Shown here: positions 26,233 through 37,341 of the stretch, one piece after another
How positions within the stretch are numbered: the first letter of the stretch is position 1
Layout of the letters: the number at the start of each line of letters is the position of its first letter
Source: Ostrea edulis
Lineage: Eukaryota
NCBI RefSeq assembly: GCF_947568905.1
Contig: NC_079168.1
Span: forward strand, 46,190,001 to 46,254,000
DNA: 64,000 bases
Direction of reading: 5' to 3'
Translations under genes and position numbers: made by a program
The notes under the pieces: generated by a model
Databases searched by the model: none
What the model was told of the DNA's origin: nothing
The model's input: the letters and a program-made list of their open reading frames with translations, nothing else

Positions 26233-27045
26233 CAGCTGCAATAATGTAGCCCTATCCGAATTTTTTATTCTAATTTTTTCGCGATAGGGCTACAATTCCA
26301 TAGGATATCCGTAATGGTGCAAAATAATTTAATGAATAACCGATAATAAACTCCGTGTATTAGTCCCAAATGTTGTATATACCCAAAGGAATACCAACTT
26401 TGTGCTTGGGCATGTCTAATAAAGTTTTTCATTAAACATCATGTACAGCATGCAACATTCTTCGTCTGCTCCGCCATGCTTGTTATCTCGAGATTTCGTA
26501 GGTGGATCTACTGAAAAACCTAAACACTGACAATCTGCGCGAAAATGTTGTTACTCGAGCCATTCCGACAAAGAAAGGAAAATCATATGGTTGCAGAAAT
26601 AATTTACTCTCTGCTGTTCGTTTTTTAACTTGGTATTAAATCTAAACCTTTTTAATAGCGACGAAATAGCTTTCGCCCCCGTACTTGTCCATTGATGTAA
26701 ATACTACCTTATATGGCATATGCAAATAACTTGACAATCGGAAGTTGTAACTTCAGTACATCAAACATGGCGCACAAATATGAATCGAGAAGTTGGAATA
26801 TATCGAAATTGTTGAAAACGGTAGAACAGAGCCTCACAAATCGTAACTTGCGAATTGTAAATTTATATATTGACTAAGAAACATAGAATACCATTTTATT
26901 TACGTAAGGAAAGTCAGCAAATGTTTAAAATGATCGAAAATGTTGCGGGAGTGAATCACTCCCGCATTTGCCCCATTACGGAGATCCTAAGGAGTTGTAG
27001 CCCTCTCCCAAAAAAAAATCGGAGAGGGCTATATTATTGCAGCTA
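26233..27045. mobile_element. ~810-bp non-autonomous DNA transposon (MITE) with ~27-bp TIRs
   Basis: agctgcaataatgtagccctatccga ... tcggagagggctatattattgcagct. Confidence 0.7.
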
Positions 27046-27049
27046 GGTC

Positions 27050-27312
27050 AAATGCTGTCTGAATTGTTTCATACCGAGTGTTGGGCCGTTCTTGGCACAC
27101 TGATTTTGACTACGGATAACTCCGTTTACCTGATCAAGATGTAGGGCTCACGGAGGGTGTAACCGGTCGGCAGGGGATGCTTACTCATCCTAGGCACCTG
27201 ATCCCACCTCTGGTATATTCAGGGATTCGTGTTTGCACATGCCCATCTTTCTATTTTCAATTGCTTATAGGAGTTATGAGATTGATTACTGTTCGTTATC
27301 TTCACCTTTCAT
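27050..27312 (+). mobile_element. Penelope-like element 3' end
   Basis: Reverse-complement match to 23196-23590 and 27960-28200; ends ttcgttatcttcacctttcat. Confidence 0.8.
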
Positions 27313-27323
27313 ACATCTTCATA

Positions 27324-27376
27324 CATCTTCGCTAGCCAAGGGTTTTCGGACCGAAAACCCTTGGCTAGCGAAGATG
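27324..27376. repeat. Perfect palindrome: 26-bp arms, 1-nt spacer
   Basis: catcttcgctagccaagggttttcgg-a-ccgaaaacccttggctagcgaagatg. Confidence 0.95.
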
Positions 27377-27959
27377 CCTTTCCTAGAGAATACTGAGATG
27401 TGAAAAATACTTGTAAGCACATGAGACAACAAATAAGTAAAACAGTAATAAAAAAAATATGCAAAATGTAGAAAAATTACCGAACAAACATGACAAAGTA
27501 AACAAAAGTTTCTCAGGAGCTTGAATTCCTCAGCTGATATAACTGGAGAGACAATTATTATGAAGAACTCCAGAGATTTTTAAAATTAAGTAAAAATGGT
27601 GTTTAATCATACTCATATAGATTTATTTATTAGATAGGACACATATTTTTTAATTACACATCTGATACAGGACAGCAACTTTTTTTTGTATTTTTAGAAG
27701 ATAGGATATAGGTTTTTTTAAAAAAAAAAAATGAAAATATAGAATGCACCGGTCCCAACGCCCCAATAAATATTGACCGGTCCCTTACGGATTATTTAAA
27801 AAAAACCCAACTAAATAGTCGCCCCACTTAACCTTGCTTGTATTTGCTACTTCTTCCAGCTTTAGTAAAACATTGTATCAAGCGCGATAACTCTAATAGG
27901 TGAATAACAACAAAATCAGTATCTTTTGAAAGTTAGGTTACTTTACACATGTTTATTAA

Positions 27960-28395
27960 AAGGTGAGGATAACGAACAATGATCAATCTCATAACTCATT
28001 TAAGCTATACAAAATAGAGAGTTGGGCAAAAACGGACCCCTTGACATACCAGAGGTGGGATCAGGTGCCTAGGAGGAGACTCCCCTGTCGACCGGTCACA
28101 CCCGCCGTGAGCCCTATATCTTAATCAGGTAAACGGAGTTATACGTAATCAAAATCAGTGTGCCAATAACGGCCTAACAATCGATATGAAACACGTCATA
28201 CAGCATTTGACCCAACGATAGGTTGTATTAGCAAACTAGATCGTTATAACGACCATAGAATTTGCGAAATACTGACTTTAAACGAGACTGTTGGAACCCA
28301 TGCACTATCAACTTGTTTGTCAGTAGCCTGCTTCGATTTAAAAACTGACCATAAACAGAACAAGCTCTTGCGTATCGAATCAGTTGAGAGATGTT
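27960..28395 (-). mobile_element. Penelope-like element 3' fragment
   Basis: Matches 23200-23775. Confidence 0.8.
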
Positions 28396-28439
28396 TTGAC
28401 TCAAAAACTAACACTTGCACAATAGAATCAAACAATTAA

Positions 28440-29300
28440 CTCAAAGGGTGAGTGGAATATGAGTGGCCACATTGTATCGACCAAAGTGTCCGAGGGAATA
28501 CCCGGCATACTAACCTAACCAGTATAACGGGCAAACCGATGGCCTGGCGTTAAGCACCAGTACCGAAAATTCCAAACTATAGAATGAGGGTTTGCTGCGT
28601 TAAGTAGGCGAAATTGTCGATCATACCGGAACCAGCCCGGAGATCGAGAGGTCGCTATTCGGACATCCCTCAGGTATTTTAAGAATTCCTGTGCTATCGT
28701 TCTATATTTCTCCAGCATAATGCTAATGAATATGATGAAGGCCGAGGTCCATTTGTCTATGGTTAAAAAAGTGTTGGACTTTTGCTTGACCAACCACATA
28801 GTGCCATTACACATTTAGATTTTGCCTTGCGTATCAACTAATTCCCTGGTGGATTTTAATAGGAGAGATAAATCGATGGACTGGCCCTCCCAAATTTTAT
28901 TTTTAAGTGACTGGGGGACGTGTGAGTTAATCGGATCAAAAGCACTTGTGATCGTACGAGGTTGATAATCATGAACATTGAAATCGGGGCCCTCGAAATT
29001 AATTATCGGTGCTTGCTGAATATTCGGCATGATAATGTTGCTGAATATTCGGCATGATAATGTTGGACTCGAAGAATTCGAGGTTAGGGGGTCCGGCTTC
29101 GTCCGCGGTCACGTTGATGATGGCCCTAGTTGCTGTCGATGTGGGCCGCATACTTTGGCCACGTGCTTGGTCCGATTGTGCGTCTGGTTGATGGTCGCGC
29201 CTCCGCCTCATCCTATAGACGGTGTAACCTAACCTCGTTCTCTTCTCTTGCGGAGGTTAGGGGCTCCAGTACGCACGGGTGGCATCTTGTCGTAAGAGAA
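28440..29300 (-). mobile_element. DIRS/Ngaro-like tyrosine-recombinase retrotransposon ORF1 (gag-like) remnant
   Basis: ITSAFDPINSHVPQSLKNKIWEGQSIDLSLLLK and TIDKWTSAFIIFISIMLEKY..AQEFLKYLRDVR...W..YDRQFRL resemble DIRS-type ORF1; broken by stops and a 25-bp duplication at ~29013-29062. Confidence 0.7.
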
Positions 29301-30099
29301 AACTGTTGATGGCCGTTGAAATATAAGGAAAGGTGGGGAAGACTGTAGCTAGCGATGCTGCCACTTTGGCGTAAAACGGAAACGGAAGTCTCGTGATGCC
29401 TTAGCTAAGTTGTACCAAATGAAGAGAAGTAATGTTAACTTGTACCATTGTTTAAGAAATATAACCACACATACCGCAATGTGACATTTCGTCACTTAAA
29501 TAAAATTATTTAATATAATAATAAAATAATCTGTCATATTTCACATTTGATGTTTACTGCCGATTCACGATCGCGTCCGACTTGCGAACACTTATTTTAT
29601 TTTACATATGACATCGTTGTACATATCGGAGTTTATTTTTGAATTTTTACAGTTAATGTTTTATGTAACTTTACTTGTTAACAAAGACTACGTTTTGTTG
29701 AAAATAATAGGGGGGGGGGGAGGTGTCAAACAATACAGTATTTATAATTATTGTGCACGTTTAATGCCGTTGATTTTCAATTTCATAGGCCTAGTTTGAA
29801 GCTCTGTCAATGTAACAGTGCTCCATGGTGCAATGTAAAATCAGAAAAGAAAATATAGTGCAACCGTCTTGGTTGTCCCCACACCAAGTTAAATTTATAC
29901 AATATAAACGAATTTTTTTCAGCATGCTCAGTCAATCAAATTGCGTGTTACAAATAAAATAAAATTATTTAATATTCAATAGAAGGGGGTGGGGAACGGA
30001 AATGCGTTTTCTTTGAAAAAATTTCGACTATTTTTAAAATTCTTGTCTTATTTTCGTGAAAAACTTAAAATCCGAAACGAAAGTAATCTTAATTCAATT

Positions 30100-30685
30100 A
30101 TTGCTCTCTTCAATTGAATTAATGATATCTTTAATTCATTTGAAGAGAGCAATAATTCTTTTAAAGAGAGCAACTATACAATTAAAGATATCTTCAATTC
30201 AACATATCCACAATTGAATTAATGATATCTTTAATTGAATTGTTGCTCTCTTTAAAAGAATTAATGCGCGCATTAATTCCTTATACAAAAGCATTGTAAA
30301 TGATTTAAAGATATCTTCAATTGAATTAAAGAGATCATCAAATTATTTATACCGAGCTCTAAATCAATTATTGCGAGCACTATTTCTACTAAATTGATGC
30401 CCTCATCAAATGAATTGAAGAGAGCAATAATTGAATTAATGCACGCATCAAATCTATTATTGCTCTCATTAATTGAATTAATGCGCGCATCAATTGAATT
30501 GAAGAGAGCAATAATTGAATTAATGCGCGCGAATTGAAGCGTGCATTAATTCATTTGATGAGAGCAATAATTGATTTAATGCGCGCATTAATTCAATTAA
30601 AGGGAGCAATAATTGAATTGATGATATCTTCAAATAATTGAAGATATCTTCAATTATTTGAGTTTATGTTAATTTGGCGCTCCAT
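30100..30685. mobile_element. AT-rich, internally repetitive non-autonomous element built from aattgaattaatgcgcgc / gagagcaataatt modules
   Basis: Repeated palindromic modules; ends gttaatttggcgctccata (terminal-like). Confidence 0.55.
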
Positions 30686-30853
30686 AAATCAGCGGTTGGT
30701 ATTTTGCTAATATCGATAATTTATTTCCTTCCAATTCTTTGTTTATTTCTGTCCTATTACAATACACAAATCAGCACGAATCTTTGGAAGTAAAAATAAA
30801 AAATAGGCCAAGTCCACAAGATAGTCTCAACACGTCGACAGAGCGAAAGAAAT

Positions 30854-32087
30854 ATGAAAGCTGCGCAATTTCTTATTTTACTGAGTGTTGTTGTATGGGT
30901 GAAATCAGCTCGATGGTAAGATTACATTTATTCCTTAATGAACATGGGAGGTTTAATGATTTTAATATAAAGAAGTACATATTTCTCTTGATCGTTGCTT
31001 TTTTTGCATACTTTTTAGATAGCATCGATTTGAAAACAGACTCCAATTGTTTGATAAGGAAACGAAAACAAAAGAAAGAATGATATGATATGAAAATACA
31101 ATAATTCAAAGATTTAGTGTGAAGTAGAGGTCCCGTGTCCTCGTTTCCACATTCGACCTTGCGCACCATGCCTAGGTCAAAATGTGGTGCATTTTACCTA
31201 CAGCTGGTGACGTGACGTCTCTGTATGAGCGAAAAATTATTAAATGAAACGGATTTACAACAAACAATTTTTTTTTTTATTTTAAGACAAATCCTGCATT
31301 TACATGTACATGCAACATTTACTGATCGCGGTAGTTCAGTGGTTAGAGTGCTCGCTTTGTGACGGGGAGGTCGCAAGTTTGAGTCCCGCTCCTACAATAC
31401 ATACATCAACCCTAATACGTAAAACTAGGTAGTGGTTGCTCCTTTACCAGGCATTCAAAAGTGAGAATCCCGGGTCTCTCGGATGCTAATAATTTAGGTC
31501 TAAATTAATTGTCTAAATAATTCACCTACAACTGACGACCTACTGATACGTAATATTTCAAGTTTCAGATAGGGTGATATTTTTTTTAAATATTTTACAT
31601 TGAAGAAATCGTGCATTTACTAACTGAAAACTTCATATTGCAACAACAGAACCTTTTAACCCCTTGGTTTTCCATCAAATAAAGATTAGAATACTTTGTG
31701 GTTTATAGGACTCGAGAAGACTGCCACTACGCCGATTCGGAGGAGGTGTGCAAATCTGTTTACCTTGGATATCGCTGCCACTTTTCTGTAGAGAATAACA
31801 GATGTTGTTGTCCTCGTATTTTCCCAGGTTTGTCATCTCGCTTTACTTGTCTCCATAATTTCACACTATATGACTTGATTTAATTAAACAAATGATACAA
31901 GAACAGACTTTAGGAAAATCCTTTCGAATTTCTACATCACGTAAACACTTACGTAGACATTTAGTATTTATTCAATACTTTCACAGGCAAAAGAGCCTTC
32001 CCCTGCTTTGGGAGTGACGAAAGCAGCTGTCGTCTGCCATGTCATATGACGGAAGATGGGTCGTGCTGTTGGTGTCCCCTGGGTTGA
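30854..32087 (+). CDS. Secreted two-peptide Cys-rich precursor B (93 aa), 3 coding exons
   Basis: Exons 30854-30915, 31709-31827, 31987-32087; GT-AG, phases 2 and 1. Protein: MKAAQFLILLSVVVWVKSA-RWTR-EDCHYADSEEVCKSVYLGYRCHFSVENNRCCCPRIFP-GKR-AFPCFGSDESSCRLPCHMTEDGSCCWCPL-G*. aataaa immediately after the stop. Confidence 0.9.
31325..31485 (+). mobile_element. tRNA-derived SINE (head and body) in intron 1 of precursor B
   Basis: A-box-like ggtagttcagtggttagag, degenerate B-box gtttgagtccc, body taggtagtggttgctcctt.accaggca shared with 63780-63810. Confidence 0.7.
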
Positions 32088-32764
32088 TAATAAAATTTGC
32101 AACATGTTATTTGTTAAGATTATTTTCTAGTAGCTATCAGAGATTCATCAGTGCCTTACCTCCCCTCTCTTTTTGGTTTTACATCAGTCGTTGAATCACA
32201 TCATTCATGTTTGTTGATACTACACGTAGGTTAGTAATGTTGCAGTTAAAGATTTATATATCACTTTATTTTCAATTAAAATTGGACAGAAATCAACTGC
32301 ATTTAAACAAATAAAAAAAATCTTGTAATAACGTAATGATCTCGTTATTTCGAGTTAGCACCTCGTTATAAAGATTTAGTATGTTAAGGCGCTATAACGA
32401 ATCAGGGTCTGGTTATAACGACTTTCTTGTGTCGTTCTATAACGAGATAGTAATTTTGTTACAACGATTTAGCATCTCGTTTAAACTACCTAGTACTGAT
32501 ACAATATATAATGAAATATTTATCGTATAATAGCAAGAACATACTCTTGTTTTAACGAGAACATATGAGACGTTATACCGAGATATACAACCGGCCTTAT
32601 AATTTGTTTGTCTACTCGTGTTGAGACTAAATTTACTCGAGTAGTATTTAAGTGTTTCTTTTTCGCACCCGAATACAATATCGAGGCTTCTCTCCTCTTA
32701 ACCTCAGTATATTTATATTGATATTGATACCAAGCAGATGCTGAAGTTCCTCGTTGACAATATT

Positions 32765-32900
32765 CACGTAGTCTTTGGTGATCAAATCAAATCTTCAAAC
32801 AGTCCGTTGGAATTCCCATGGGCGTGAATTGTGCTTCTTTATTAGCTGACTTTTTTTTATAATCTTATGAGGCAGAATTTATTCAAAAGCTTCTCAATGT
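32765..32900 (+). mobile_element. Penelope-like RT fragment
   Basis: Reads approximately Q.VGIPMG.NCA.LLAD....SYEAEFIQKLL, with frameshifts. Confidence 0.65.
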
Positions 32901-34276
32901 ATGAAAAAACAGATCTTGCACAGTACGCCTATTGGAATATGGTGAGAAGCGTGGCTCTCGAGCAGACTTGGGTTGCCTTGTCTTTACATAATTTTATATA
33001 TATATTACGAAAACGATGTGATTTTCAAAACTTGTTCATATAGTTTTACATTTTGAGTGATGTATATCCTTGCTTATGTAGAACAATATCTTCATTGCTA
33101 TTTATGTTTTCATACTTGAAATAACATTCTCTAATCTGACATTAGAATGTTGTCAATTCTTTCATATATGAAAGGTCATTTTTCCTTATTTTTCCATTCA
33201 TGAAATGCAATAGATATCTAATTTTTGGAATGATGATTATTATGTTGAAAGAACTGTTTGTTAAAGATTCATTTGAATGCCTATATTTCAATAAAAGATT
33301 GTTTAAAAAACCCAGCAAAAATAAGAAATAAATAAACAAACGAAAACATGAACGTGTAAATAGAACTATTGAATTTTATTGTCGAAAGAAAGTACAGAAT
33401 TTCAATTTGAAATTGTTAAGCCAGTGTGCTATTTCTGTGTAAGAATTTAAGTCACTGTGCGTGCTTTAATATTTTACTTCTACATTCCATTGTATGAAAA
33501 ATGTATTATTTTAATTCGTTTAACAGTACTGCACAATCATTCTTTTACTACTCTCATGTTCTACTAGATGTGTATAAAGGATTTCTTTTTTGTATCTCAT
33601 TGAAGATGAAGAAACTCGATTACTTTGAAAATTCGCTAATGCAAATAATTCGTATGTTTCATTTTGCATCTGCTATTGGTGAACTAGATAGTGATGACAA
33701 TGTTCAGATGAATATGTTTCTACAGAAAATAATCATAATATAAGTAGAAGTTGAATCAATTCTTGACAACATTTTCAAAAGAGGTGCTGATCATGAAAAC
33801 AAATTGAGCTTGCTTTTAGATATACCGATAAACTCTACCTTATCTATATGGTTTTTGTCTTTAGCGTTAAATGATATTTGTTGCGTAGGACCACTGAACA
33901 TTTATTTTGTTTAAAAAAATCAACGGGACACAGGATTTTATGCAAGTCGATTACTTGTTGAATAATTACAGTATGCACATCCAGGCAACTGTTTTAATTA
34001 CAAAAGTATTCAGTATAGGCACTGATTAAAACGGGAGTTGACCAAAATTAAGTCACGAGTGTGTCAAACGGAAACATATCTAGAGACAATATACCAGTAA
34101 ATGTAATTTCAGAATTAGGAAAGGGGTAAATGCATATTTCGATGTGCGGCTTCGTAATGAAATCTGTTATCGCCATGTATGTGATGGTATAAATTTGTGA
34201 CAAATTCATATTTGGACATTGATAAAGGCGTTCATACAGGTAACAGTAAGAAGGCAGACGAGATTGATGAGAGATC

Positions 34277-36871
34277 ATGAAAATTCTTATTCTGTTTTTG
34301 GTCTTCGGTTTGTTAGAGGCAGCGGTACATGTACATCAAGGGATTCTTAATTTGTATCACCAAAAATACTCAGGGGATGTAAGTATAAAATATGCTCCTT
34401 GCAAAATTAAAAAAAATGTTGATTTCTTAAGTTTATTATTTAAAATTGATAATAATTGAAAACCTAATTGAAATGACCGCAGTTTGATATGCTGCGAAAC
34501 TATTTGATGTGTAGAACAATCTTGAGGATTTGACATGAACGGCGTGCTACTACCCCATTCGTTACCTACTATGGGTGTCCAGTTGAATCATGTATCGAAT
34601 TGAGTTGCCAAGTTTCAGCGGAGTTCGGGCTATTTTTTTTTTATTGAAATGTATTGCTTATTTCGGAAACAAGAGTAGATTTATTCATAAATTACAACTC
34701 AATAGAACAACTGCAATTGTCAGATGTCAACTGATGACGTGAGAACAGTTTTGACATCCTGTTCTTCTTACCGTCAACTAACATTTGTAACGTATCATGT
34801 CTGTATGAATGGAAAATGGCGCAGTCACATGTTTTGCAAATTGTCGTATGATAAAGCATGATTTTAGGGTACCTACTACGGATCTGGGACGGGCGGAACC
34901 TGTAGCTACTCTCCACCCAGCATGCCCCCAGTGGCCAGTCACATAAACAAGCTCGTGGCCGTCAATGCTCCTCAATTCTACGGCTCGCTATCATGTGGAA
35001 TGTGCTTTAGGGTATGTATCATACACAGTTAAAAGGACGAATAGTTACTCAGTAACTTAAGATTGCTCCACATTTCGTGCTTTATCAGATTTACATTTCG
35101 TAAAGTACATTTACAAATGTACTATACAATTTTCTACAGAGAAAAAACGTCAATAGAAATTACATATGTACTTGATTTAGTTTGATAGCACACACGGTTT
35201 CTTGCTATACTATTTAAAAGCTCCCTCACAAACTTTAGCATGTGTCTATTTTAGGTTCACGGGACTGGACAAGGATCTGGGAATGACCCAATAACTGGAA
35301 CCTTTACAGCCTTTGCCAAAGACCTTTGTCCAGAGTGTCATGCCGGTCAGTTCATATCTCAAAGTACAAAGGTCTCCAGATAATCTATAATTATGTAGCT
35401 TTCATTCAAAAGTACAACATATTTTAATTCATTTAGATTATACCCTTTCGGTAATTTAGTTCAAAACTGGAGATAAATACATGATATTACGCTATTTCAA
35501 CTTAGATATTGCCTCTTTTATGAAAAGGGTCTCTGGACTTGGCCGAGAACGGAGATGGCCGATGGAAGATACAAATTCAAGCTATTCAATGCCCGGTAGG
35601 AAACAGCAAAATAGAGTACAAGTTTCAAGGCAGCAACCAATATTATCTAAAACTGCAAATACGAAATGGAAGGTAGTGTTTTCTTTATCTATCTGTTAGC
35701 AAACTCTTATTGATGACGTCATTTAAATTGTTGGAAAGAACAGGCGAGTTCAGACAGCGACAGACTACTTTGTACTAGACATGTATTCATATTTTCATTA
35801 TTTTACATTACCATCCAAGTTTGTTTCAATATCCACAAATAAAAAGCAATCTTATTTCACTGAAGTAGTGTAAAGATTAATACAAACTTGGACAATGGTA
35901 GAAATGTCAAGCATGATTTAATTTTAATAGCACATGATCATTACTTATTTCAGAGCTCATGGAATAAAAGTACACTGTAGTAAGGTATTTAATGATTATA
36001 GAAACTCTTCTGTCATTTCAGGATCCCCACAACCTCTGTTCAGATGTATCAACCAAAGTCGCATAGATGGTCCTCATTGAAACACACTTCGGATGGATTC
36101 TGGATATTCGGAACTGACCATATTGACAAACCTGTGGTCACTCCCTTCCAAGTGCGCCTGACTGCTGCCAACGGAGAAACGTTGCAGGATCATATACCGC
36201 GATTAGGTAAAAACCAAGTAAACTGTCTTGAACTACAGCTTCACTTATTGACCACAGTCTGTCGTGTCACTTTACAAACCTTTGTAAAGACAGAGATACC
36301 ATGAATGTACAATACAAATCACAAGACTTTTGAATATGCATAATGTCTTACAGAGTACAAATCACAAAGAACATGCATCAAAGCTTTTGAATAAAGATTT
36401 CGAACATACGTAAAATATACATAATCTTTTAAATGATAACACGATTTTGAACTTAAAATTTTACATTGTCTAGCATGTTTTTTGATATAAATCTATTTGA
36501 ATATAAATGATAAATCTGAAGATTTTTTCATAATAACTAAACTTCGAAATATCGCAGGTTTCTATGCACAAATGTATGTGTATATATAACAATATTGTTG
36601 ATCAGATATTGCTACGTCATACACTCCATTCAACTATTTTTACAAATAAAATAACTATATCATACCACATATCCCTTCCCTAGTCTTCAAAGTAATCAAT
36701 TTTAAAAGTAAAATTTTGCTCAAAATAATTTTTGGGAATAAAACGTTTTCTATTCACACATATTTCAAAATGTGTCATGTAATCAAGATTTCATTTTCAT
36801 TTCCAGCCAATGACGCCGTGATACACGGAGATGGTGTTCAGTACAAACTCGACTCTAATTTGCCTCATTAA
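34277..36871 (+). CDS. Expansin-like protein 1 (EXLX-type: DPBB plus CBM63-like domains), secreted, 243 aa, 6 exons
   Basis: Exons 34277-34378, 34868-35011, 35255-35345, 35528-35672, 36022-36206, 36807-36871 (phases 0,0,1,2,1; all GT-AG). Signal MKILILFLVFGLLEAA; motifs GDGTYYG, GGTCS, CGMCF, KDLCPEC, GSLDL, YYLKLQIRN, RLTAANG align with Bacillus EXLX1 ATYTG / TDLYPE / GALDL / WWAAIQVRN / RMTDIRG. Confidence 0.9.
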
Positions 36872-37341
36872 GCCTAAAACATAAAGAATGGTTTTTATAC
36901 TTTGTGTGGAAATATTTTATTATTTCATTAAGCTTTTGTGTATTGCTTGAAGTAAAAATAAAAACTAAAAACACACACACAAATCCGTTTGTGATATTAC
37001 GTCTTCCCTTTAAGTTTGTTAAGACGGATTGATATTACAATGTTTTGTATACATTGCGGAAGAGAAGGAGATTGAGGTGTGGAACGTTGTGGTTAGTAGT
37101 TTACCCGAATTTCCGCAATTAGGACCAGTACATGTACTTGCGGCCATGACATTTTTATTGACCGTTTTACCACCGAATGGACAGGTTTGCGTCCTTTCAG
37201 CTGTAGCTGACAAGTCGTGCTGCGAACTAATTGTAGATCTGTAAAACAACAATAAAACATGCTAAATAGAGTGATTTTCTACGCAAATAGTGAGAAACAT
37301 CCCTTAGAAAACACACGATGTTTATTATTTCTGTTTTCACG

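Noticed and set aside
31325-31395. tRNA-like sequence (also 39345-39425)
   Set aside because: Degenerate stems and B-box, and continues into a SINE body; not a functional tRNA gene.
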